Source: Lingula anatina
Lineage: Eukaryota > Animalia > Brachiopoda
DNA: 64,000 bases
Reading direction: 5' to 3'
Assembly: GCA_051362555.1 (NCBI GenBank)
Contig: CM120649.1
Coordinates: forward strand, 5,394,001-5,458,000
The translations under genes and the position numbers were made by a program. This document shows, piece after piece, positions 24,853 through 36,377 of this stretch (its first letter is position 1; each line of letters starts with the position of its first letter). The notes below the pieces were generated by a model. The model made no database searches. It was not told the origin of the DNA and was given only the letters and a program-made list of their open reading frames with translations.

Positions 24853-26983
24853 ATCTTAGTAAAACACCTACTTGTAATTTCCAGTACTTAAGGCACAGAT
24901 AGACTAGTATATTATTACTGACATTTAATCATAGAATGTATAAGATCTTAATGTCCCTGATATAGGTGCTGAAAAGCTAGTTCATCACCTTCACCGCAAC
25001 AATATCCCCATATGTGTGGCAACAGGGTCATCGAAGATGAACTACGAGATGAAGACACAGAAGCACAAGGATTTCTTCAGTTTGTTTCATCATGTGGTGC
25101 TGAGTTCGGATGACCCGGAAGTCACACACGGGAAGCCTGCTCCAGACTGCTTCCTGGTGGCAGCCAGAAGGTTTGAGGACAATCCGTCCCCTGAGAAGGT
25201 AGGCTAAGAGCTCATTCCCTGTGAAACTATTGTTCTATGTATGAGCAAAAATGTTCATTAGCTTGGTAGTTGGATAAACATGAAAATTCTCAGACACAAG
25301 CCTAAAAATTTCCGTACCGTTAGCTTACGGCCAACCTGGTCGAAGGCCTTCATCAGACTGACGTGAGTAGTTGTTCACACTCACTGACCGCTAGGTGGTA
25401 TAGCGGCCAGGACCCTCTTATAAATGTCAGGTAGATCAACCCCCCGTCCCTATTCATGGGTGGCTGGTGTCGGCTGATGTTGATAGCCTCTCGTATTCTT
25501 TGCGTCAGTCTGATGAAGGCCTTCGACCAGGTTGGCCGTAAGCTAACGGTACGGAAAATTTTAGGCTTGTGTCTGAGAATTTTCATGTTTATTGTTCTAT
25601 GTAGATCTTCTAACTTTGAGGGGACTCATTCTGAATACAGTCAGATTAACAGATTACCATGCCTCCTGGTGTTGAGTAGAATACAGAAAAGCTGATGGTT
25701 ATTCAAGTACTGAGTACAGTGGAAACAAAAGGACACATGTCAATCTGATTGCATTCAGCAAGAGTCCTTGTGAGTTGGATCAACCTTCATGGAATGATAG
25801 TTTTATTGGGAATGGGTCCATAGGTTCTTTTCACATCCAGGGCCCAGTTTCATAAAGGACGTTTAGCACTAACCAGTGTTTAAGACCCCATTCCCACAGA
25901 TTTTAGATCGATCTGTCCTGATGGGGAGTCTCACTAGATTACTGTCAGCTTAGCCGGCTTAAATGCCTGTCCCTCCTACTAAAAGCTGTAAGGGGGTAAT
26001 TATCTAATGTGTGCGCTCGGCTGACAGCTATTTAGCGTGAACCCCCGGGAGTTTGGTCGATCTAGTTGGATCGTTCGAAATCTCTGGGAATGCGCTCGAA
26101 GTCTAACCAGTGTATAAATTCTCCTAACACCCGTTAACTAAACGACAGTTGAAATTGTGTTTCATAAAGTGTTTAAACAGCCGGGTAGTTAACTGACCTT
26201 TAAATATTTTATCCAGTTAAACACTGGCCAGTTAACTAACCGGCTGTTTAAACAATGTTTATGAAACACAATTTATCCATCTTTTAGTAAAGGGGTGTTA
26301 GGAGAATTTATACACTGGTTAGTGCTAAACGTCCTTTATGAAAATGGGTCCAGATGTTTTCTTAACTGGACCAGTCCACTTTGACCAGTCTTTACATGTT
26401 ATACTCTACAGGGGTTTCCACAAGTTCACTTCCTGATGTTTAGGATAGTTATTGGGCCTTGTTGAGCTACTCTCTTACATAATAGTGAGGCTATAGGTTG
26501 CCAGTCTCTGAAAGTGGACTGTTCCATTTATTAAATGTAAAAACTGCTCTGTGTGATGTGTGAAAATAATAAATATTTAACATGGTCAGACTTAACTAGT
26601 TACATTTTTTTATGTTTGAGAAAAGAAAAGAATTTCCTTCGGCTTTTGTTTATGTGCTTATGAAAAATTGTCATTGTTCCAGAGGCTGATGTTTAATTGA
26701 TTTGGTACAATTCTTGGGGTAGAAAAGAAAGCAAAATTATATTTGCTTTTAATTTGTATTTGCTTAACTATCATTTAGTGTATTGTCCTGCCAGGTTTTG
26801 GTGTTTGAGGATGCCACCAACGGTGCTCTTGCCTCAGTGGCTGCTGGAATGCAGTGTGTTTGGATACCAGATGAGAGAGCTGACCAGTCACAGCTCAGGG
26901 ATAAAGTGACCTTGATACTGAAATCTCTGGAGGAGTTCAAGCCTGAAGATTTTGGTTTACCGCCCTATGAAGACAGCTCTTGA
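23054..26983 (+). CDS. PUDP: Pseudouridine-5'-phosphatase (HDHD1/GS1, HAD family); 5 exons
   Basis: Exons 23054-23111, 23312-23437, 24237-24329, 24966-25198, 26795-26983. HAD motif [34 protein letters not shown] and C-terminal [21 protein letters not shown] near 27131 and 27152. Confidence 0.93.
24666..24816. mobile_element. hAT-like MITE (CAGGGGCG..CGCCCCTG termini) inserted in a (CA)n tract
   Basis: TIRs caggggcgtat / atccgcccctg. Internal tttctgtcggaagac..aggatggatc..ctgtcagaa recurs at about 43922-44090 and 49962-50128. Confidence 0.65.
25242..25589 (-). mobile_element. 5'-truncated Penelope-like retroelement with inverted pLTR
   Basis: 90-bp near-perfect inverted arms (25274-25363 / 25503-25592) flank a minus-strand peptide [20 protein letters not shown], typical of a GIY-YIG C-terminus. 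Each arm has a hammerhead-like CTGATGA core. 14-bp direct repeat tattgttctatgta at 25228-25241 and 25590-25603. Confidence 0.75.
25840..26352. mobile_element. Long palindromic MITE interrupted by a nested MITE (25880-26102)
   Basis: Outer arms gggcccagtttcataaaggacgtttagcactaaccagtgt / acactggttagtgctaaacgtcctttatgaaaatgggtcc. The inner element is flanked by duplicated ctaaccagtgt and has an inverted relative at 51135-51305. Confidence 0.75.
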
Positions 26984-28351
26984 TAGTTTTCTAGATGGTT
27001 CAGTGCCAATCATGTCTTTTTTTTTCTTTCAATCCCTCTTCCATTGACCAGTTTTAAATTATGAGTAATTTGATGAATTGTTATTCCTATTTAAAAGAAA
27101 TCACATTTTTTTTAGCTGATTTTGGTTTTAAATAAACATGTTCTCATGTTAAATAAAATATAATTATTGTTCATGAAAATAATATTTTTGATAACTGTAA
27201 ATATAGAAATGTGCTTAACTTTACATCAAGTATCAATATTCTCATTAATTTCTACCAAGTGACTGCTTAAAGAATAATAAGGCAGTATGAAATTAATTTT
27301 TTTTTCTTAATTTTCCATTTATTTTTTTATTTATTTAACTATTTCTTTATTTTTTTATCATTTTTAGAAGATTTGTAGCTGCATTATCACTGAGTATATT
27401 GATTGATATTTTATTAATAAACAATGCAAAAGCATTAATTGATGAATTCCTTGTTTTTTAGAATATTGGATCTGCTGGATACGAATCAGATGTATGCAAA
27501 TCTGTTTTTTTTTTTTTTTTTTTTATTGTCACCTTTTTTCTCTCTCTTATTATTTTATGGTAGACAAAAATATCCAATAAAAATCTTTAAATGTGTCTAA
27601 TCTTATCATTATTATACTTGAATACAAATTAATTTTTTTTTCTATTCAAGGAAGCAAGAATAAAAAAATTAAAAAGTTAAGTTTTCAACAGAACCACAAA
27701 TCCTTTCAAATAGAATAAAACATTGTTGAGGTTAAATGATGAAATAGTTTCAAATTTACAATTTTTTTTCTACACTGCTCTGCATGTGCTGCTTGTCCTA
27801 TCTTGGATCCGCTCTTCTGTGTATGGAGAGCAGTTAACTGATCCCTCGTTTATTGGAATGTAAACAGGGTTCAAGTAGTTTCTTTTAATTCTTTGTTGCC
27901 GCGACGTTATGCAGTCGTATCAGTGTGATGAAAAAGTTCATTTGAACGAGAAGATATAATTCTTTAATGATGTCACTGAACCAGGATAAAGTGTGAGGTG
28001 ACAAGTGAATATTATACAGTGCAGTGCATGTACTGTAGACAGTGTAGTTCTTAAATGGTATGTCTTGTAGTAATATGTTCAAATTGTTGTAGTAATTTCT
28101 ACTCTCTCAACAACAATAACAGGGTTATAACAACTTGGATCTAAGTTAATCATCACAAACAGGACATAAAGTATTGGTAATCAAAGTGTCCTTTATAAGT
28201 AAAAATTTTCATAAATGAAATATGTCTAGTAAAATTTAAAACATTTAATGAACAAACTCCACTCAGTGGCTTGCCTCATGCTATTGTAAATTTGTTTTAA
28301 TTTTCAGATCTCTTAGCTGACTTGGCCTGTGATTGAGGTGCAATTTAGACT

Positions 28352-31300
28352 ATGGCTGCTGCTTTACCCCCAGTTCCGGAGGAGCAGGCATTCCTAGAGA
28401 CTTTCTTCCAGTGCTTGAGTCAATTTGCTTTTGATAAAGCAAAGGAACTGTCAGTAAGTTGACAGACAGGGTGATGTCTGATTTAGAACTGGATAATATT
28501 TTATTTTTTTATGGTGGTACATTTATGATCAGTATAAAAATACCATTTTCATGATTTTTTAGTTATCAGTACTAAAAAGCTTAAAAGGAGTATTAATTCC
28601 ACTTCAAATAAAACTGCTTAGATGGCATGAATAAAAATTTATGTATCATTGTAAGAAAGCTCTTTAGGGCAATTATACAGCCTGTTAGAATGAGAAATAG
28701 GTAAAATTAAGAATACTTGTATGAACTGTCATGAAATCATGAATTGTCATGAAATCATGAATTTTCATGAAATATCATGACCATTTCTTTTCCAGGAGAA
28801 GGAGCGTGACAGCCATGATGCAGCATTCGGGTCCTCCTGGGGTTTGCTGCTCAACTCCCTGGGTCACCTGGCCTTCAGCGAGAAGATGTATATGTCACTG
28901 ATGTTCTTGGGGCAGAAGTGGTTTGGCAGAAAAGATGTACTTATCACCCTTCCTCTATGCTGAGCTGAATTACTTTTAAAGCATTGAATTTTGTTTTATA
29001 TTCATCCTTTTGTAAAATTAACTTCTTTTAACTTATCTACATATTTAAAGTTACTTTGATAATAACTATAATGATAAGTGTATGATTATGCACAGGTTTG
29101 TGTTTGGCAAATGAAAAGAAAATACCAAAGATTAAAAATAAGACTAAATTATGCATCGGACAATAGTATTTCAAAGGAATCCCTTTCCTGTGATAACACA
29201 AAATAGTTTGATTTACTGTCTAAACTCACCTGGTTAAAACTGGCCTTTTTAAATGATATGTCAACAGCTTACATTTGAAATCTCAATCCTTCCAGAATCT
29301 TCGCAGCAGTTACAGTGTACTGCTGTCAGAGCTGAAGAAGATTGAGGAGCATGCTGCTAGTGCCTCGGACTATCCTGGCAAGGTACGGACACCAGAGAGG
29401 ATTCTGGGACACCTCTGTGGGCAACTGTGTCAGTTTCTTACAGCGAGAACAAAAATGATGGACTTGTATCTTTTTTGACAGAACGGCTAGGTTAATTAAC
29501 AGTTTTAGACTAGGAATTCATTGATCATTGTTTATATGTATAAGCAGCAAGTTATTTTAACTTCAAAATCTGTAGAGCAATTGGCTCACCCAGAAAATTT
29601 TCATCTACCACTCTTATACAACTCTTGGCAATTTTTCCAATGCACAGAGCTCCGTGATTTAGTCCTATTTCTTTTCTATTTACTGTTAATTATAATTTCA
29701 TGCCTTGCAGGCCCCTAGCTAGGGTGGGTTCAGTGGTTGAAACAAACTGCCCTTTTTGCCAGAAGAAGGTCCACTCTGGGTAAAATTTGATCTAGCTACA
29801 CAAAGATTTTAAGGTAAAAGGTCCTCTTTTTGAGACAAAGTATCCCCCTCCCCTCCCCTCCCCTCCTGCTGGCTACCAGCTGTTGAACTCTTGGAAAAAA
29901 CTCACTTTACACATACAAAGGCCTATATATATCTTGGTCAACTTCAGGTGACCCCCATTTTTCTTCCACCTTAACAACTGAACTGTGATACATGTAATAT
30001 TATTATTAATTACTAGTATAATTCAATGCCTTGACCATCGTCCAGTTATGAGCAGCTGGCCACCATGGGCAGCCAGAAGACCACTTATGAGGACCTGGAG
30101 AACGTGATCACAGAGATCATCCAGGCTCACCAGAAGAGTTTTCATCATCCTATACTTAGTCCCTTGAAGAATGCATTCAGGTTGGTGATCAAAGGACTTT
30201 CACTTTCCGTTTTTAAACTTAAAAGAACTAATATCATTTTTATCAAGGGGATAAAATTATCATGTTAGGCAAGCTTTTCATCACACAATGTTTTTTTATG
30301 CTATGATTATTATGTGGATCAAAAGACCTGTTATTTGTCTGAGTATGTGTATTTAGACCTTTGAAAAATGATTTCTGATTTGGATTTATTAAGGTTTAGG
30401 ATTTGGGGGTTTTATACAAACAAATAACTTTTCTTAATTCACCTTTTGCAATAAGTGTTTTTGTAAGGAAAGTGTTTGACCATATCAGCTATACCAGGGA
30501 TCATGGTAAATTCAGACTCATGGAAAATATTTGATTTAGCATTTCTAGGATCCATTGTGCATACTTCTGTTTGCCATTTTAAAATATTTTACCTAAATTA
30601 TTTACAAATTTGTATGTACAAAACTATCACAGATCATTCCGAAAGTTTAAAAAATAAAATTCTGTTTGTTTCAGCCTAGAGTGTGACATAGTTCATAACC
30701 TACTGTTGGCTCAGATGGACATGGCTCAGTTAAAGTTCCTGTCCTCTCTCATCCATCTTCACGATGCTCACAGCAAACTGGCCTCATGGATGCCTGCCTT
30801 ACAGAGCAGAGAGGTGACAGTTCATTTTATTTTATTATATTTTAAATTTTTTATTATATATTTATTTGTTGCATTTTACTTTTATTGTGTGAATCATTGT
30901 CAATGCATCACTTTTATTTTCATATATTTTTTTTTGTTTAGTCATTTAGCCATTAAATTTGCTTTTCTTCTTATTTGTTTGTTCATTTATTTCATTTTGT
31001 AGAATTTATGCATTTATAACACTTTAAAGTTAATTACTTTTCAGAGATAACTTTTTCATCACAGTTTGAACCTCTGTCATACAATCCACAAATTGTCAAC
31101 CAGGAAAAATTTGCAATTGAATTGTGAAATTAAAACGAACTTAGGAGCTCAATTAGCATTTTATTCCGACAGAAAGTTATTGATGTAATTATCTTATTCT
31201 TTTAGCAAAGTAAGAAGCTGGGTTTTTCCCGTCAGCCCAGTATGCCAGCTCTGTACCAGTGGCTGGTGAGATATAAGGCGGCTCTTGTGGCTAAGGTGAG

Positions 31301-32833
31301 TAGCTTGGGTGCTGGAAAAATTTATTTCATGCCTTAGCATACTAATCTTGCAGCTCCTTTCATTATTATTATTATTATTATTTATCAATATTTAATATGT
31401 ATGAAAGAAATTGTTTATCTTCCACCATAATTGAAAGAGTGGTCATAATTAATATTTTTTGGATGAATTGAGGAAAAATATACTTTGGCCTTTATTTCAA
31501 TGTCACAAACTTTTCAAGAGATAAAAGGAATTTTGGGTGAAAATGCATGTGATGTAATGATGTAATGCATACATCTTTTTTGCAGTTCAGCTTGTATTTC
31601 TATGAAACCTTGAGTAAGCAGGCTCCTCCTGGGGACCTGAAAGCTTTGATAGCCAAGACTCCTGTGGATTTCTATGCCAGGTATTTTTACCACTCCTGTT
31701 TTGTTTAACATAAGTGAAAACCTGTAAATTTATAATATGTAAGATCAGACAGAAATATTTAAACTTAGGAATGTTTTGCAGTAAAATGTTTCTGATTACT
31801 TTTGATGTGTGAGTGTGTGTGTGTGTGTGCATGCGTGTGTGCATGCACATGCATGCATGCATTTTAACACCTGAAGTACAATTATTCATAATCTCCAGAA
31901 TTGTGACCTTCCACAAGAAGTCCGATGCATCCCATGTATCAGCCGTATTTGATACCAGTGGTCTTGAGGAGCCGTACAGAGGGCCTGGCTATCACCACCC
32001 CCTAAAAATCGTGGAATCCCCCACGGGTCTGGACAGTTACCCAGCTGTGTTTTCGTACCCTGGGGTATGTATTGTTAAATTTTTGCATTACTGAAATCCC
32101 TGAAAAAAAACGTAGTAAAACTGCCTGACTGTCTGTCACAGACCAAGAAAAAGCTTGCAGGACTGGCATCAGTCAGGATCGTGTTGGCTCTGTTGACGAG
32201 CAGCAAATCTAATGGTTTATTAGTTTGAAAGTTAAGGCTCAGGTAATTTATATTACAGGAGCGCCCTGCTGCACACTGGCCTAATGTAGTGATGATTATC
32301 AATGACAGAGCCCCTGAACTCAGCCACATTGACAAAGTGGTGCACTTCTATGACAAGGTGACATTTTACTTTGAACTGCAGAATTCCTATTTTAAGATAT
32401 GTTGAAAAATACCTGTTAATAGTAAGAGTGATAATTTTATTTGTAAGTGAGATAAAAAGATAATCATAAGAAAATAAAATGTTATTGTAAAACATTTTAG
32501 CCCATTGTTGAGAAGGTTTTTATTTTTATTTTACTGAATATTTATTTTGATAATGCACATTATTCCAAACTTCCTAAATTACCAAGTAGCCATTTCTAAT
32601 GGTGTAATATTTTAAAAATTGGTAATATAAATATATTGTTGCATATTTTTCAGCAAGTCCAGAGCACATATTTTCTTGCCCAGATCGAGCCTCGCCTGAC
32701 ATTTGTCGTTATATTTGACAACAATAAGAAATCAGAGAGGGACTCCTATGTGTGCAATTTCATACAAGACATTTGTACCCAGTTGCGCTGTACCAAGATA
32801 TTCTCTACTTTAAAACCTGGGGGCAAGAGCTGA
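28352..32833 (+). CDS. KICS2: KICSTOR subunit 2 (C12orf66); 10 coding exons
   Basis: Exons 28352-28453, 28796-28936, 29296-29465, 30046-30180, 30675-30813, 31206-31295, 31586-31680, 31899-32064, 32259-32357, 32654-32833. Motifs FAFDKAKE, FHHPILSPL, LVAKFSLYFYE, GYHHP, HWPNVVMII, VQSTYFL, KKSERDS and LKPG near the end all match human C12orf66 as recalled. Confidence 0.92.
29466..30045 (+). other. U12-type (minor spliceosome) GT-AG intron in KICS2
   Basis: 5' end GTATCTTT; branch CCTTGAC at 30029-30035, about 10 nt before the terminal AG; no long polypyrimidine tract. Splicing restores MMDF-YEQ. Confidence 0.75.
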
Positions 32834-34600
32834 GAATAGTATGGAATGATGGAATAAAAGAAAAAAAAAGATATTTAAATTAGTCTAAGAGCACATTCAG
32901 AACAGCAGACTAACAGATCCGTGGATCAAATATGGCTGACACACTTAATGCTCATTGAGTAATCCCTGCATGGAATCTATTCAGTGTCTAATTGGGAATT
33001 AAGTGGCAAGCTTTTGCAGGAAGTAATATCATACAGAAAGATATATAAGTTATGATAGACTAAAATATAAACAGTTGAAGATGTAGAAACATGTGAAAGA
33101 AGTTTGTGTCCAACTTTACGCAAGATATTTGTATCAAGTCTTCTTGTACCTAAATGTTCATCTTAGATTCCTAGAAAGGATACAGATCATGTAGAATATT
33201 TTAATTCAAATTCCACTAAAACAAGCTGCAGGTTCAAATTACATATTCAAAAAAGAAAAATTATGTTCAATAGCGAACTGAAATCTGCATGAAAGAGCGA
33301 CACAGATAAGGGTCTCAGTGAAAAGAAGGCCAAGGAAAAATAATATTTCTCATTGACAACTAATTCTTGTGTAAACATGCAGGGACACTTACTGAGAAAT
33401 GTGTCAATTGATATGCTATATTAGCAAAAGGATTACTTTAAATCTTACAATAAAATCAGTTGAATATGATTTGGTTCTTTATTTGTTTGGAGCCTGAATT
33501 GAGTTGGTTTTTAGTTTGATTAATTTTCACACACCTTGAATTGTCTGCACCAGAAGTCATCGAGTACCAAGTACTGCTTAAGCTGGCACACTTATTTATT
33601 ATTTTTCTGGGGGGGGGGGGGGGTAAAAAGATGAAGATATCAATTGGAGCAGAATCGAGTCAAAGCATTCATTGTGTATTTAGTCTATAAAAGTAATAAT
33701 TTATTTAGATTCATGTCAATCAAAATCAACAATCTAAAAAAAATGAATGTACATTTATTCCATTTATTATAAATAACTTGTACCATAAAATGAAAATATC
33801 TACATAACAACCAACTGAAGAAAAATGTCACTTCATGATATTACCCAGTACAGGGCACAGCACAGTAAACTATTTACCATGCCAAGATCTTTTAGGTTAC
33901 ATGTAGCACCTTTCTAACTGTTCACAGCTTAAGCTGGACATCACTAAAATATATATTATATTTACAAAGCATTCTCCATCATAAAATGGCAAATTTCTAC
34001 TTTTTGTCAGGTTAATTATCTGAATAAATTGTTACAATGCCATTAATTGTTTACACAATATCAAAACTATAGTATCAAATGCCACCCAAACCTGTTTACA
34101 AACATATGTATATAAATGCATGAAACTTTTAATGTCAAATAAATAAAATGAAAATGTAAGCTTGTTCATACCAAAAATTCCCATTCATTGTGTTTTTGGT
34201 GTTATAAAAAGTTCCTTGACCTGAAGTTACAAAATATGCATAGACCCATGTCTTAAAATGATGAAGTTTCTAAACAAACACACTGTATGCCACCTGTCTT
34301 AATCCTTCTGGATACTTTAAGTCTTCAAGAAAAAAAAAAAAAAGTTATAACAGGTGTTTTAAATAGACAGTTTAGGCTAAAACACATGTCAAATGACCTT
34401 CAGTGGCAATTTTTTTAAGACAATCTAAATCAACACAATACCAAGATTTCATCTATGAAAATAATTATTATCAATATAAAAGTGTGTAAAAATAAGTACT
34501 CAAATCTGCATCAGCAACTTAAAAACCCTCTTCTGGACGATTATAAACACAGCTATATCTGACCACTTTAATCACATAGAGAATCTAGTCTTTCACATTT

Positions 34601-36229
34601 CTACCAAAATACAACTCTGTCACTTCCACCCCCTCTCTGCGGCCCACCCCCACGTCGCCCTCTTGTCTGCCTGTTCCGGTTCCTATTCCCTTGATTCTGT
34701 TGTCTGTTTTGCTGCCTGTTTTGTACGAAGTTGTTGCCTCCACCACCACCGCCGCCACCACGTCCGCCTCTCTGTCTGTTCCTCCTCCTCCCGCCTCCTC
34801 TGCCCATGGAAATCTGGTTCCCGCCTGAAAACCTGTCACTCATTGTGCGTCCAGTCTGGAATAATGATTTCACCTTATTTAAAGAATCTTGCAAAAACGT
34901 AATTGTTTGACCTCCCTACATTCTCTAATACCAGACTTTAATTGGGTCTAAACCAGGTTTAAGTTCATACATTTATCTCTAAAATTTCTATGCAATAATT
35001 AGTTATAGAAAGATTATTTAACACTTTCTTTATGTATAGACCTGGGGCAGGGGGCGTCCACCTTTGAAACCTCTGCAGGTGACAAAATTTTCCCCTGCGA
35101 GTGGTTCCAAACATTGAAGACCCCAAGCAAAATATCATGAATCTTATAGTATTACAGTGTGCATTATATGAACAGCATTGCATGGATAAATTGGGCACCT
35201 ACCTGGTTTACAGACATATTTCCACTGTTCATGTTGTACTGTCTGCGAACTGAAGGTTGTAAATGCTTTGAAATAAAAAACAGAAAATATCACTTTGAAA
35301 TAAAAAAAAAAACCCAGTACTTGTAACAGTTCATATCTTATTACACGGTAGAAAAAAAAAACAGGATGAAAGTTATATCATCCATCTTAACTGCAGGTTG
35401 TCAAAATATACAATATGCTAAAAAAAAAATGTGCCATGAAAATAATACAGAAAGACTTGTGAAATTGTCAAACCCATTATGATAATTCTACAAAGAGTTA
35501 AAGATGCATACAAAGTCAATTTTTTGTCACAAAAACCAACCAAATGCCAGCATATAGTTTCAAGTAGTATAACTAAGAGAATTACCAAAAGGCATTGTTA
35601 ATTTGTTTAAAATTACCCGAAAATGATGTTTGAACAGATTTTTCTGCTGGCATTCTAAGCTGTATGTCAATGGGGCAGGAAAGTAAGTAGGTTAAATTTA
35701 CAACCAAAAATTTAAAGAAAGAAGCAGTCTAAAGGTCTTTTATGGCTGATCGAGTGATCTATTCAGTTTATCCCTTGGCATGTTGAATTTATTTGAGTCA
35801 TATAAGAATGGTTTAGATGTGTTACTGGGAATCCACGCTCCACCGATGCTCGGTTCGTATGTATCTTTAACTTAATATTCCAGGCGAATTCAATACTCTA
35901 CAAAATCCATTTCACATATCTGGTTCTGTTCCAGTGTGTGACCTACCTGTATGATTTGTTTCATATTCTGCTGCCTGTTCATGTTCCTCCTCTGTCTCCT
36001 CTGCTTTCCCTCCTGGTTGTTCCTTCCCTGAGCTCCCTGCTGTGGATACTGACCTCTGACCAACACCTGGTTCTGCTGACGTCTGGAGAGACATAGAGGA
36101 CTGATATGATATCATGTGTTCAACTAAGGTTGAAGGAGAGAGAGAGGGAGGGAGAGAGAGAGAGGGTGGGGGAGGGAGAGAGAGAGAGAGAGAGGGAAGG
36201 AAGGAGGGAGAGAGAGGGAAGGAGGGAGG

Positions 36230-36265
<36 letters not shown>

Positions 36266-36338
36266 AGGAGGGAGGGAGGGAGAGGGAAAGATTTTACAAT
36301 GGTCACACTAGAATACACTGCATTCAGCAAAGGGAAAA

Positions 36339-36377
<39 letters not shown>

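Noticed and set aside
35740-35912. Possible intronic H/ACA snoRNA in FYTTD1 (CpG-retaining patch)
   Set aside because: I could not establish two hairpins with correctly placed boxes by eye.
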